Under the pieces are notes generated by a model. It searched no databases. It saw only the letters and a program-made list of their open reading frames with translations, and was not told the origin of the DNA. Shown piece by piece: positions 48,548-60,297 of a stretch of 64,000 nucleotides of DNA (the stretch's first letter is position 1; every line of letters begins with the position of its first letter). The DNA comes from Podarcis tiliguerta (Eukaryota): assembly GCA_965153285.1 (NCBI GenBank), contig OZ229122.1; one strand, 5' to 3'. The position numbers and the translations under genes were made by a program.

Positions 48548-48618
48548 AGGAATCTGGGAAATTACAGGCCTGCCCGCCTAACGTCCGCTCCAGGAAAACT
48601 GCTGGAAGGCATCATTAA
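48548..48618 (+). mobile_element. CR1 LINE ORF2 fragment
   Basis: Translates as NLGNYRPARLTSAPGKLLEGII, matching the CR1 reverse-transcriptase motif GNYRPVSLTSxPGK. Confidence 0.8.
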
Positions 48619-48879
48619 CGATACATATCTACTTATCACAACTGTAAGAGAAGTTAGGAGAGGGAAAAGAGGACTGCATTTCCCCTGCAACAAATATGAC
48701 TATTTATGGCTGGTAAAATATTGTTTTTCTCCTGAGCGATGCCTTCCTCAGTGCACACACATATATATTGCTGGGATTAACTGGCCATGCTTCCATGTTT
48801 CAGCTGCTAAGATATACTGAGGAGGGTAGGTTTGGCTGTGATCCCTCCAATACTGAAAGAGCATAAGGGGTTTGCATAC

Positions 48880-49169
48880 TGTTATGTACTGAGTTGAATA
48901 GGATCCAAACTGCAGCAGTCTGATTGGTCCTAGAACAATGCAGCAGTATGATTGGTTGGCAGGAACCACCCAATCATGCTCCAAATATAAGTGAATCCAC
49001 AACCTGATTGGCTTACAGTAGAATTCCAGAATTAGCCAATCATGTGCAGCCCATTGTGTAAATAATGTATATAAAGCAGATACTTTGAGGGGACTTTCAT
49101 TTATTCCTCCTCACCACTATGAGCTGAATAAAGAGCATGAAATCACTTTGCAACTCTGAGTATATTTCA
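48880..49169 (+). mobile_element. Solo LTR (290 bp)
   Basis: Starts TG and ends CA, with perfect 5-bp TSD catac (48875-48879, 49170-49174). Five CCAAT/ATTGG boxes, TATATAAA at 49068-49075 and AATAAA at 49127-49132. Confidence 0.9.
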
Positions 49170-51801
49170 CATACGCACAAAGTCAGCCCTCTATATATCT
49201 GCATCACATATTTTACAGGTTGAGCCTTGGTACAGAAAATCACGTTCCCAACTAAACTCCAGTGAAACCCCAATTTAAATGAAGCCCCACTTCTGGCTAT
49301 CAAATGCTGGGGATTAACCGGGAGTAGATACGGTCTGTTAACAGTCTAAAGGCACAAGTTTGGCTCAGTTAGTTGTTTGAAGACAGAATGCTGTGCTTAG
49401 GGGAATTACTGGGGTGCCACAGCCAAAGTAATTATGTTCTTAACGATTCCCCAGCAAAAAGGATTCCTAGAAGCTCTCCAACACATATTTTGAACTACTG
49501 AGGACCTACAATTTTATGATTTACACATCAGGTTTCTAGTTCTCATTGCTCAAGCTATCAGCAAAGCGCCTCTAGCACTCTAAGGATGGAGAGCCATTGC
49601 CTTGCATGACTCCCTTATTTCTTTTTTTTAATCCCTTATCCTCCCACATAGCCTCTCTGCTCCTTCTTCCTAAATAATTCCTTGCTGCTTCTCCCGTATT
49701 CACTATCCAGTTTCTTCCCCCTACCAGAGAAACCCCACCTATTTAAAAACACACACACAAAAAACAGGTTCAAAGAAGAAGTAGACAAATTGTCACATTT
49801 TGTAAAATAAGCACTTTTGTAGAAATACCCTTGTTTGGAATACATTAATAATTATACGACTTTTTTTTTTAATTGGAGGATATGAATGTTCAGCACAGGA
49901 ATAATTCTGTGTTCTGCACAGTGTGGGATTGGGAAGGAAATTAGAGCTCAGCTGACAGTGACGTAGCTTCATCCCTCTCCCCCCCCTCCCCATCCCCTCC
50001 TCCCTAGAGGCCAGGAAAATCTGGGCCAACTCCAGCATTGATCTCACATACCACACACACACGCACAGACGCACACTCGTCTCTTGACAAGGAGAGCTGG
50101 AGGAGCTTCTGTGAAGCCATCGCCATGGCAACCCGACTGTCCCACTGGGCTAGAAACCATACAGAGGACCAACCAACCGCTAGTTAATCCCCACCACCAC
50201 CACCGCAGGGGGAGGGAGATGGCAGTGGGGGTGGGGTGAGAGAGACCACCTGAGCGCTCGTAGATCCTCCCAAGGTCATGCTGCATTTGCTGAGCAGAGC
50301 TCAATGCTCAAGCCTGCCAGGCCATCTCTCCTCTTTCCCAGATACGCAGCAGGGACAAAATTCATGCCAAAGATCCTTTGCTGCCTCTCTCTCTAAAGCC
50401 ACTCTGGGGGAGCAGTTTGGGAAGGAAAGGGGAGGCGAATGGGCAAAAGGGGCAACAGGAGGAGGAGGAAGAGGAAGGCCTCCGGACACACAGCTAAAAC
50501 ACCAAAGTCTCCTCCAGATTGATTTGGGGTTTCTTTTTAAAATTTCTGCAACATGTCATTGGTGCAAGCACAGTGCATGAGGGGTGCATTCGTTCTGGGC
50601 TGTCTGCAAATTGCTCCATTTCACGAGCAGCTCTGCGTTGCTTCTCCAATGCCGTCACACAGAGGGGCGCTTCTGCACTATAAGCGTGGCAAAAGCGGAG
50701 CCAAACACATACGCCAGAGCCCAGCAGGAAATCTGGCACCAACTCAGAACCAAAGGAGGTAGCATATAAATGCAACTTACTAGAACCTAGGAAGATGATT
50801 TATATTGGTCCATCTGCACTGACTGTCAGTGGCCCTGCAGAATCTCAGGTGGGGTTATCTCCCAGCCCTTCCTGAATTTGCTGGGTATTGAACCTGGAAC
50901 CTCTCTCTGTATGCAAGGCAAGGTGTTCTGCTACGGAGAGGCCGTCTTTCACTGCTACCTGTAAACAAGGGTGGGGAAAGCTTTCCAGTCTAAAGGCCAC
51001 ATTCCTCCATGGGCAACCATGCCAGTCGTGGTGGGTGGGGCTCCAGAGCTAAAGGGATGGAGCCATAGATGTAAGTTTTAGCTTTATAGAGTTGACAACA
51101 TTCCAGCTGTGCAAAAGCCAGAGGTTTCTGATTTCTACGCAGACACACACACACCTTCGTCTTGCCAAGCCAACAACATTATCACAGCTCAAGGACTCAG
51201 GTCAGGAGGGCATGGGACAGGAAAAGGGAGGGGTGTGCCCTTGGGGGAGCGGAGGGAGGCTAGGGGAAAACTCCAGAGGTAAGGTAAAAAAGGCTCGGGG
51301 GGGGGGGGAAGGGTCAAATCTGACCCCTGAGCCTGAGGCCCAGACAGTATTATTGGCAGTATTATTCAACACTATTACCAGGCAGATGAAAGGGTCTCTG
51401 CAAGACAGACAGACAATTCTTTCCAGTTTCTGTATCCCCCCCATATCTGAAAATAAACATCTGCAGCTGCCCTCAGAAGTGTCTCTGGGGATGAACGTCT
51501 CATTTCTGCAACAGGTGGTCAGCCCTGTTCCTGCTTATTCCCATCCAAAATTTCTGCAATCGTTGCGGCGCTTTTAAAAACTGCCTGATCCTTTATCATA
51601 CGGATAACTGCTTTCCTATTTAACTTCACAGCCTTCCACTTTGTCAGATCTGTCTCATGCAACAGGTTGGAATTGATAACTTTTGGATTCCTCCCAGTTC
51701 TCTGGTTGTTATCCCCATTGTAGAGATTAAGTAATTGTGCTCAGCACTGAAGACAGAAGAACATGCAGGGGCAAAAGACTTGGAGGGAGGGATGTTCTTA
51801 C

Positions 51802-51866
51802 CAGCTTCTCTACATTGACTAGTCCGTCCACCAAGGTTTTGCTAGCCTCATGCAAAAATGTCAGAT
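51802..51866 (-). CDS. RAPGEFL1: RAPGEFL1 coding exon (RasGEF domain)
   Basis: 65 nt, acactcAG| to |GTAAGA. Encodes DLTFLHEASKTLVDGLVNVEKL. Confidence 0.95.
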
Positions 51867-52578
51867 CTGAGTGTTAGAAGGGGAAAAAAGAAGAGGAAAA
51901 GTTTATGAGAGGAGAGAGGAGGAGTGGTAGCCTGGCAACAGTTAAATTCTAATTTTTAAAAGGTGCCTGGTTGTAACTATGGCCTGGAAGCGCTTCCCTC
52001 CAAGCCCAGGCACCCAGGATGGTTTGTGGCAATTAAATGATGAGAGAAAGGGGAGCTCTGCACATGCTCTTATGACAGCAGCTGTATACAGTGTAGGGAG
52101 GGCTTATAAACTGCAAGGACTCAGGTGACAGGGGAGGTGAAGTGTTTGAAACACACCGTGTGTGAACTTGCACACACTCACGATCCCATCCAGTGATGGC
52201 TGGTTAAAAACTCATCACAACACAGACCCCAAATCTATCTTTCCCATAGGAGTAAACAAAAAACATTCATGTATAGGGAGAAAAGACAGCATGCACTTGC
52301 GGTCACCTCTGGCGTGTGAGTCAGACATGGTCACCCCTTTCATTGGGAATCGAGCCTGGCCCTATTTTGCATAGCCCCACCCTTTCTGGTTCAGGGTTCT
52401 CTTTCTTGGCTACACTTCAGTGTGACAGAACACTGCATGCGAGCTTTTCCTACAGAGGCACGTTATTTTTTCAAGTGCCCCTAGTTCAAATTAAGCCCCG
52501 ACCAGGATAGCCAAGACAAAGCTTTCTACACACCCCAGTTCAAAAACAGCAACCCCCGCTCCAGTGGGTGTGACTCAC

Positions 52579-52666
52579 CTTTTAGGATGAGGGGCACAAA
52601 GGGGATAATGGGGGGCTTCATTCTCGAGAGGACCTCTCTGTAGCTTTTATGATTCCTGCAGGGGTC
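52579..52666 (-). CDS. RAPGEFL1: RAPGEFL1 coding exon (RasGEF domain)
   Basis: 88 nt, ccttgcAG| to |GTGAGT. Encodes DPCRNHKSYREVLSRMKPPIIPFVPLILK. Confidence 0.96.
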
Positions 52667-53783
52667 CTGCAAGGCGAAAGAGAGAGAGAAAAAGATGCTG
52701 TTGTTTCTCGGCTGGAGGAAGATGCAGAAAAACAACTGCTGCCAAAGTACAGCTGGGGCCAGAATACCAAAAAGTTAACACTGTTAAGTGCAGACAGCTG
52801 AGCATGCAGGTGCATCTAGAGATGGGACTTCTTAAAATATTGTTTTTAAAATATGAAGAAAGTCTGGACTAGAAACACAGGGCTTAAAAAAAAAGGAAGG
52901 TGAGAAAAGGAAACTGAGGGGGGAAAGAGAAGGGAATGGTCACAATCTTTCTTTTATCTGTGACCCCCCTGACGATGAAAACCCATCTCCTTGACTAATT
53001 AATTTATCAAGGCAGTGATTTCAAATCTTCGTACCAGCAGAGAACTCTTTTCCCACTAACTTGCATGCTGTTGAACCAATACATGGTTGCAGAGCATGCA
53101 AGGTCATGTTTGGGAGACACTCACTTCAGCTGCACTAGGCCTCTTGGGCTTCACTCACTGCCCTACCTCATAGATGAGGAAGCTGGACTCACACTAGGCA
53201 ACTCTCCAATGGCCATGATGGCTGAAGCTGATGGGAGTTTTAGTTCAACAACATCTGAAGAGCCACAGGTTCCCTGCTCTTGCTGCATCTGTACTGAGAG
53301 TGTAACCTAGAACAAAACCTACAAATCTTCCACAGCTGCATGTTGTGCAGGAGAGCAGAAGTAGTGGGCCTATCTTTCAGGGAATCTCTCTACTGTCCCC
53401 AAACTTCTCCAATGAGCTTCCCAAAGAGCCCCAGGGTTCTCTGCGGCATTAAGGAAGTAGAAAAGTTATTTTCTGCTAGAGGACAGCAGTAGGGGTATTT
53501 CACACCACAGATCTGAGATCATCAAAGGGCAAAAGACCCATGCCATATCCTGATTGTTGGGAATGGAATAACTATACAACTTTGTATTTACATAGTATAT
53601 TTCCTAACTGGATCAAAAATGCTAGAGATATCTCAGTGAAAGTTATCACAACCCTGAAATTTAAATATTATATCAAATAAGGCATCTTTATTTAGCATTT
53701 GCTTGCACAAAGCTTACAAGGTGGTTAGACTATGTCTAATCTTGATTCAACATTCTTTCTGATTTGTTTATAGGGTAGTTAAA

Positions 53784-53981
53784 TAGGGTTGCCCTACGTC
53801 TGGAATTTCCTAGACATAGTCAGGATTCGGCCATCGGAAACAGTGTCCGGGGAAATCTAGACATGTGGCAACCCATGTCGGAAGTGTATATTTTGGTGAA
53901 TTTCCATAAAAATAGCCCAAAACTTCAATTTGACAGAACTTTTGTGCCTGGATTTTCACTTTTTGAAATATAGAAATCCTA
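53784..53981. mobile_element. Degenerate hAT-type MITE (TAGGGTTGCC terminus)
   Basis: tagggttgccctacgtctgg ... internal tggcaaccc ... atatagaaatccta; near-TSD agttaaat / agttacat. Confidence 0.6.
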
Positions 53982-54368
53982 AGTTACATGACAGTGATCA
54001 TTCATCCTGCATCCATCCTCACTTGGTTGTGGGATATTTATAGGTCTCCCTGTTAATTATTGGTTCATCTCACACTTTTCAATGCATTTCTACGTCACTT
54101 TCCTAACAGCAAAAGTCTGTTACTTTTTAAAAATCGGATTTGTGGAGCTTCTGGAACAGAGAACTTTAATCCACTTCAACTGCACAAACCTAAAGTTCTG
54201 GTCCACGCATGACTCCTTCCCACAAAACAGTGACAGTCAGGAGGCACCATAAGAGGAGAGATAAGGGTTTGCTTAAGGCTAGGCAGAAAATAGTTAAAGC
54301 AGAGAATATTTAGAGTGTGGGCCTCTACTTTACTCCAGCTCTAAACAGAAGAAGTGCAAAAGGCTCAC

Positions 54369-54419
54369 CGTTAAGTTCTCAAATTTCCGGAACAGGTTTT
54401 TAAATTTCCCTGGAAGCTT
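54369..54419 (-). CDS. RAPGEFL1: RAPGEFL1 coding exon (RasGEF domain)
   Basis: 51 nt, tttttccAG| to |GTGAGC. Encodes KLPGKFKNLFRKFENLT. Confidence 0.95.
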
Positions 54420-55374
54420 CTGGAAAAAAAGCAAATGAAAAAAACTCAGTTCAAAACAGTGACTCGATAGGTCTTATTTATTTAGGTCATATTTATTTAT
54501 CACATTGATAATACTATCTTTTCCTCCAAGGAGCTAACAGGGGAGCGCAACATCAGCAGGCCGTATGAGCTGGGCTAGCTGCAGCACAGGCTTCAACTCT
54601 GAGTCTGGCCTCAGGTCCGAAATTCCAGTTCCAGAATGGGACTGAAAAACCTGCATTCCATGGATTTGGATTTGGGGTAAATAACAAGTCTATGGACTCA
54701 GTGGTGCACAGTTATAATGCATACCTCCAAGGCTATATGAATAGGCTTGGTATTAAGAGCAGTCAGATGTGTATGTGATGGATTTACACGGAGGGTACGG
54801 CTATCAGTGCCCACTGTAGTCATTGTGGCTATATACTGCCTTCAGTATTAGTCAAGGCACACCAGCAGCAGAGGGCTAATTCGCACCTCCCTGGCCACTG
54901 TGAAAGCAGGATGCAGGACCAGATAGGCTTTTGGTCTGATCCTGCAAGGCTCATCTTAGGTTCCTATGGAAGACCCGTCTCCCGTTTGTCTCACGGTAAC
55001 CTCGTTGCATATTTTGGGGCGTGGATGAACCAACCCGGGGAAATGTGCCAAACATGATTTGTCTCATGCAATGAGTCAGCCTAGGTGTTGGTGCTGAACT
55101 AACTCCGATGGGCAGCATGTCTGGGAGCGCACATGCAATGTGCACATGCAATGTGCAGCGACTTGCCCGACAGCAGGCACTGCCCTCAGCCCTCAAGGGT
55201 GTGGCAGGCTCAGTTTAGGGAAAAGGAAACCCAAGACTCGCCAGCACCAAAACATGTTTTGAACTATTGTGAAATATTTCCCCCCCAAATCTTTTAACAT
55301 TTTCCATACTGTATTTCCACTTCGAAAAGCCATCCAAGGGCTTTTTATTTTTAAGCAACATAATCATCTGTAGA

Positions 55375-55740
55375 GGCACTGTCCCCCATGTTATAGAGAC
55401 CTCAACCAGAAGCCAGGCATTTAGTGTCACTGGTCCCATGTTATGGAACACACTTCCGGCAGAGATGCGACAGGCACCCTCGCTTTTGACTTCCTAGCAT
55501 CTCTTGAAGACTTTTCTTATGCCAACAGGCCTTTGCAGCTAACTTCTCTTTCTTCTTATTAGCCAGTCACTTTAATGATTGTCTCTACTGTTTTGAATAG
55601 TTCCTTATGTTTTAATGTTGTATATAATGATAATACTTTATGATACTGAGGTACAGAAATGCTTTTATAAGTAAATGTGATTAAGTAAGCAATACGCAAA
55701 TATGAACATAATCCAGAAAAACCTAAGAACCGCCTTTGTG
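55375..55740 (+). mobile_element. L2-like LINE 3' fragment
   Basis: ggcatttagtgtcactggtcccatgttatggaacacacttccggcagagatgcgacaggcacc (AFSVTGPMLWNTLPAEMRQAP, LINE ORF2 C-terminus-like), followed by an AT-rich tail. Confidence 0.65.
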
Positions 55741-57034
55741 AACTGGATGGTTTTGATGACATTTGATGATACCTTGGCTTAATATGCCAATATATGACAG
55801 AGCCCTTATGAATGGGTCTTTCGCCTATATAGCCCCGTTACGCCTCCCTCCCTCCCTGCAAGTGAGCAAAGACACCACAAACTCTTCCATTAACTACAGT
55901 TTCACATTTCACTGAAGCCTGAAAACAGCTTTGGAACAATCCAAGATATTAAATCTACTTCGAGCCATGGTTTAGGATCCTCCAAAGCTGCTGCTGCTGT
56001 TATTTGTTTATTTGCAATATTTATGTTTCACCTGTTAATGGAAGTTCACTGGGTGGGCTCACAGAGTTTGGGCAAAACGGGAAGCTAAAATCAGCGGGGA
56101 AATTATTGATTTGTTTGCTGGCTCGTGTAAAAGGGAAGAGAGCAAAAGGGGATGCATGTATAGGCAAAAGCACTTGCCTGCGGGAGAAAATAGCATCCTG
56201 CCCCAGTTCTGTGTGAGGACGCCAACCAGACTGATAGCTGGATTATATTGCAACACTGGTGACGGGGCAGAGTCCTCCAGCACAGGGCAGAAGGCTCACT
56301 TTTACAGGGCGCAAGGCAGGCTGTGTGGCACACCTCACTGCTCCTGCCTACCCTCTACCCCCAGCAGTTGCCACCAGACGCAGCCAGCTCACTCTGCCTA
56401 ATGACAGGGCCAGCCCTGGGCCAAAAGCTCATTCACACCTCAACTTATTATGCTAAAATATGGTAATCCATCCTCTCCCACTAAGTCCAGTGTTGTGCTT
56501 CTAACAGCAGCCTGCTAGCCTGATGCCTCTTGGAGCCCCCAACCAAGCTCTGCAAACGACGTTCTGAAATCACCTAGTATTCCAAAGCATTTTGCCCCTA
56601 TACACGGAGCTCGTGTGACATACATTTGTCACAGCTATCAGCCTCCGAGTGAACGCTTAAGCTCTTTTGAGTCTCATTGATTTTCATCAGAAAGCAGTTG
56701 CCTAACTCTCTCCGACAGAAATCAACGAGACTTAAAATGTTCTTAGATTTGTCTGGGGTTGCGCCCTCAAAGTGGCACGGTAAATACAGATATTATCCTA
56801 CAAGCCATCTTAAGCGCTGGCTTTGGCGGTGCAACAGCTAAAGACCTAGCCAAACAAGAATATATTCACTTGACACCCAAGCTTAGGAAGCATATAATAT
56901 GGTGACGGGGCCAATTCAACACATTATCCTGCCTGAGGTGAAGGAGAAAATTGTCCCTTCCCCATTCCATACACAGAAGTTGATTGGAGCAGCCGCTGAA
57001 TCTTACTTCCACATTTGAGGCAATATAACACTTT

Positions 57035-57200
57035 GTGTTATAGAATTCACTCAGAGAGGCAGCGGTGGCCACCAATTTGGATAGCTTTGAAAGAGGATTA
57101 GACAAATTCATGGAAGATAACACTATCAATGGCTGCTAGCCTTGAAGGCTATGACCTGCCTCCACAGCTGGAGGCAGCAGTGCTTCTTGAATGCCCAGCT
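57035..57200 (+). mobile_element. CR1 LINE 3' fragment
   Basis: gtggccaccaatttggatagctttgaaagaggattagacaaattcatggaagat (LDSFERGLDKFMED), typical of the CR1 ORF2 end. Confidence 0.75.
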
Positions 57201-57490
57201 ATGTTTAGCCAGGATCAGGACCATTTCCCACAGGGGAGGATCCTGTTGCTTCCAGAAGCCTGACGGCTCCTTGTTTATCTCCCTCCTCAGGGATGATGAC
57301 CCAGTTTGATGGCAAAGATTATGTGTGAATTCTTAGGGAGGAGCACAAGAAAGGAAAGGAGGGGGAAACCCTTTCATAAAAGTACGTGCACCTACAACTC
57401 CTGGCAAACAGGAAAGACTGCAATTGCAAAAGGGCTGGAAATACAGAGAGGAGGAAGGAGTGTGGGTGGATATTAAAGAGAAAGTAAGTG

Positions 57491-57491
57491 C

Positions 57492-57556
<65 letters not shown>

Positions 57557-57568
57557 AGGGAGAGAGAG
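57491..57568. repeat. (GT)n(GA)n(GGGA)n compound microsatellite
   Basis: Direct reading; it explains the SLSLSL/THTH runs in three spurious ORFs. Confidence 0.95.
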
Positions 57569-58317
57569 AAGGGGTTCTGGAAAACTGAACCCAACCCACA
57601 CATACCAACCTGAGAGCTGTGAGTGTTGCCTTGTTATGATCCACCTTGGCTTCTGAGAATCTGTTCTTATTTTGGGTGTTAACATAAAGTGTTGCATTTA
57701 TTCGCTTTTAATTGTTTTTTCTAAAGTATACACAAGAGCATAGCTGCATCCACAATTAGATCCTTTTAGTGTCTCTGAAGGCCTTGCTTTACTTGCTGGT
57801 TCATCTCAAGTTCCCTGGTTCTGCAGAAGTGCTTTTGGTTTTCCAGCGTTTCTGCATTGTTTCTAAGCTGCTTATTATATTACACGTGTTTTACGTTTGT
57901 TCATTGCCACAAGGGCCTGCTCTTGGCTGAACTCGTAGGATAAAGGCTACAACCACCCCGCCCCAGCAGCGGCCAGTGGGGAGAGGGCAAACGACGCTGG
58001 GGTGGGGCAGGACAGTGATGAGGTTGAGGGCAGAGTAGGTACTGCCCTGACCTTACCAGGGCCTGGCCTCACCCCAACTCTGCCTAGGTAAGCTACAATG
58101 ACAGCCGTGTCAAGAGGACAGCTCCACCCCACCAAACCAGCTGTTGCTGTTTTAAATAGCCAACGAACCAATGTGTAGATTTTGGGGTTTTGACTGTAGA
58201 AGAGGAACTGATTAGTTGCAGAATCTGGATGGGGTTGGGCAGGATTACACATAGCCCTGCCACCCACCCACCCCCACATACATATGTGAACAAATCAGGC
58301 TCCCTGGTTCTTCTTAC

Positions 58318-58408
58318 CTCCCAGGTGAGACGCAAACGGCTGACTGGTGCGTTGTTGAGCCCAATAACCACGGCATAGAACGTCAACATGTCCTGGTTCT
58401 GTTTACAT
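58318..58408 (-). CDS. RAPGEFL1: RAPGEFL1 coding exon (RasGEF domain)
   Basis: 91 nt, ctccccacAG| to |GTAAGA. Encodes CKQNQDMLTFYAVVIGLNNAPVSRLRLTWE with the RasGEF motif VSRLxxTW. Confidence 0.96.
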
Positions 58409-59941
58409 CTGTGGGGAGGGGGAAAAGGGGGCAGGTAAGAAGTCAGACACTGATAAAGCTCAAGCCTGCAATAGCCTCTGCTGGGATAACTATTGTAAGC
58501 TCTCTAGAACAGCAGCCACTTTGCTTCTACATTCAGCATCCATCACCTAGCATCCTCTGGACAGAAAGCAAATGCAAATCAATAGTAACTGAATTATGTA
58601 GGGGCCGGAGTGGTTCCCCTTAAGGAAACCCACAAGCCGCAACCCAGAGCTCCCACCACCTGTAGCAAATGGGGGCCACTGCAAATAAATAAAAACCAGG
58701 AGGCCACAAGCCCTCTCTACAACCCAAGCACTTCTGATTCATAGTATTCAAGACCAGAAAGCCTAACCAAACCCGCTTCCAAGTACATGGCTCTGCTCAG
58801 CTCCTCACTCCAGCCTCCAGCCTTTCTGGCCTCCTTTCCCCACTCCTCAATGCAGAAAGCAAGCTGAGAAGGAAGCCGAAGCAATAATACAGCTGTCGTG
58901 GGCTGTTAGAGTCACTCTGGGTGATGGTGTCAAGGTTGTGACTTCACCAGCCACTAGCGCCCAGGGAGGCGGAAGGCAGCCTGAGCATGCGGGGGAAAGG
59001 CAGACAGGGATTCCCAGCAGCAGCTGAACACAAGACAAGAGCAAAGATGGGAAGGCAGGGGAAAGCAGCAGAAATTTTGTAGTGCAAAGGCACAGACTTT
59101 GGGCATCTGCAGACATGAATATTTCAGGGTGAATTCACAGAATTGGAAGATGACCAAAAGCTGACTACATGGAACCACACGGGAAGGTGGTCGCCTGTAG
59201 TCTCCACTCACGAAGCCCCACACTATCTCTTCCCTGCATCTGCAGACCATTGGCTTCACTGCCTCATGGTTTCTCCCCCATACTAAACTCTTAACCCACC
59301 CCCTTTCCCCAACATCTTCTTTCAGTCTCCCTCTCTCTTTTGTCTTCCTTTCCTTCCTTTTGGTGGGAAAGAGTGACTAGGAAACGGCTACCCATAAAGG
59401 TTCATACATAACAAAAAGCCACAGTGTGCTTAGCTGAAGTATGGCTTGTCCAAATGTTTGAAGTCAATCCAGCAGCCTAACTATGGCTTGTATTTCTGGC
59501 TACAAGCCATAATGTGAAGCCATGGTTTGTGGTTGGCTTACAAACCATGATGTCATTACCATGGTTTGGCATGTCTGACCCCTAACAAACTATGCTTAAC
59601 TAGGGTTTGTTTGGCTACTCCCCCCACCCACCCAATACACTCACAAGGCAAGCTACAAAGGCACAAGGCAAAAGCAACTGGGAAGCAAGCCAAGCTTTAG
59701 AGAAGCAAGGCATGGCTTGTTAGCTTATCTGTGAAATCTATCATGGGGAAGCAAACCATAGATTAGTGTTCTGTGCTAGTGCAGCCAAAGTGTTTTCAAA
59801 ACACTTGGGACAGAGCATCCTGCACTGGAATACAGTTAGAAGAAGAGTCTTGAGATTTATTTATTTATTAATCGCCAAATGCCACCATGCTCAGATCTCT
59901 GTTTTGACAGGCACCACTCAGAGGAGGTGCGGGTGCACTTT

Positions 59942-60297
59942 GGGATGCGGGTGGCACTGTGGTCTAAACCACAGAGCCTAGGGCTTGCCGATCAGAAGGT
60001 TGGTGGTTTGAATCCCCACGACGGGGTGAGCTCCCGTTGTTCGGTCCCAGCTCCTGCCAACCTAGCAGTTTGAAAGCACATCAAAGTGCAAGTAGATAAA
60101 TAGGTACCACTGCGGTGGGAAGGTAAACAGCATTTCTGTGTGCTGCTCTGGTTTGCCAGAAGTGGCTGAGTCATGCTGGCCACATGACCCGGAAGCTGTA
60201 CGCCAGCTCCCTTGGCCAGTAAAGCGAGATGAGCGCCGCAACCCCAGAGTCGTTCGCAACTGGACTTAATGGTCAGGGGTCCCTTTACCTTTACCCT
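59942..60297 (+). mobile_element. Sauria-type SINE
   Basis: Same head, body and (TTTACC)n tail as 34383-34770. Diverged flanking direct repeat gaggaggtgcgggtgcacttt / gaggaggtacggtacacttt. Confidence 0.9.

Noticed and set aside
57319-57697. ORFs with SLSLSL/THTHT runs
   Set aside because: Translations of a (GT)n(GA)n microsatellite.
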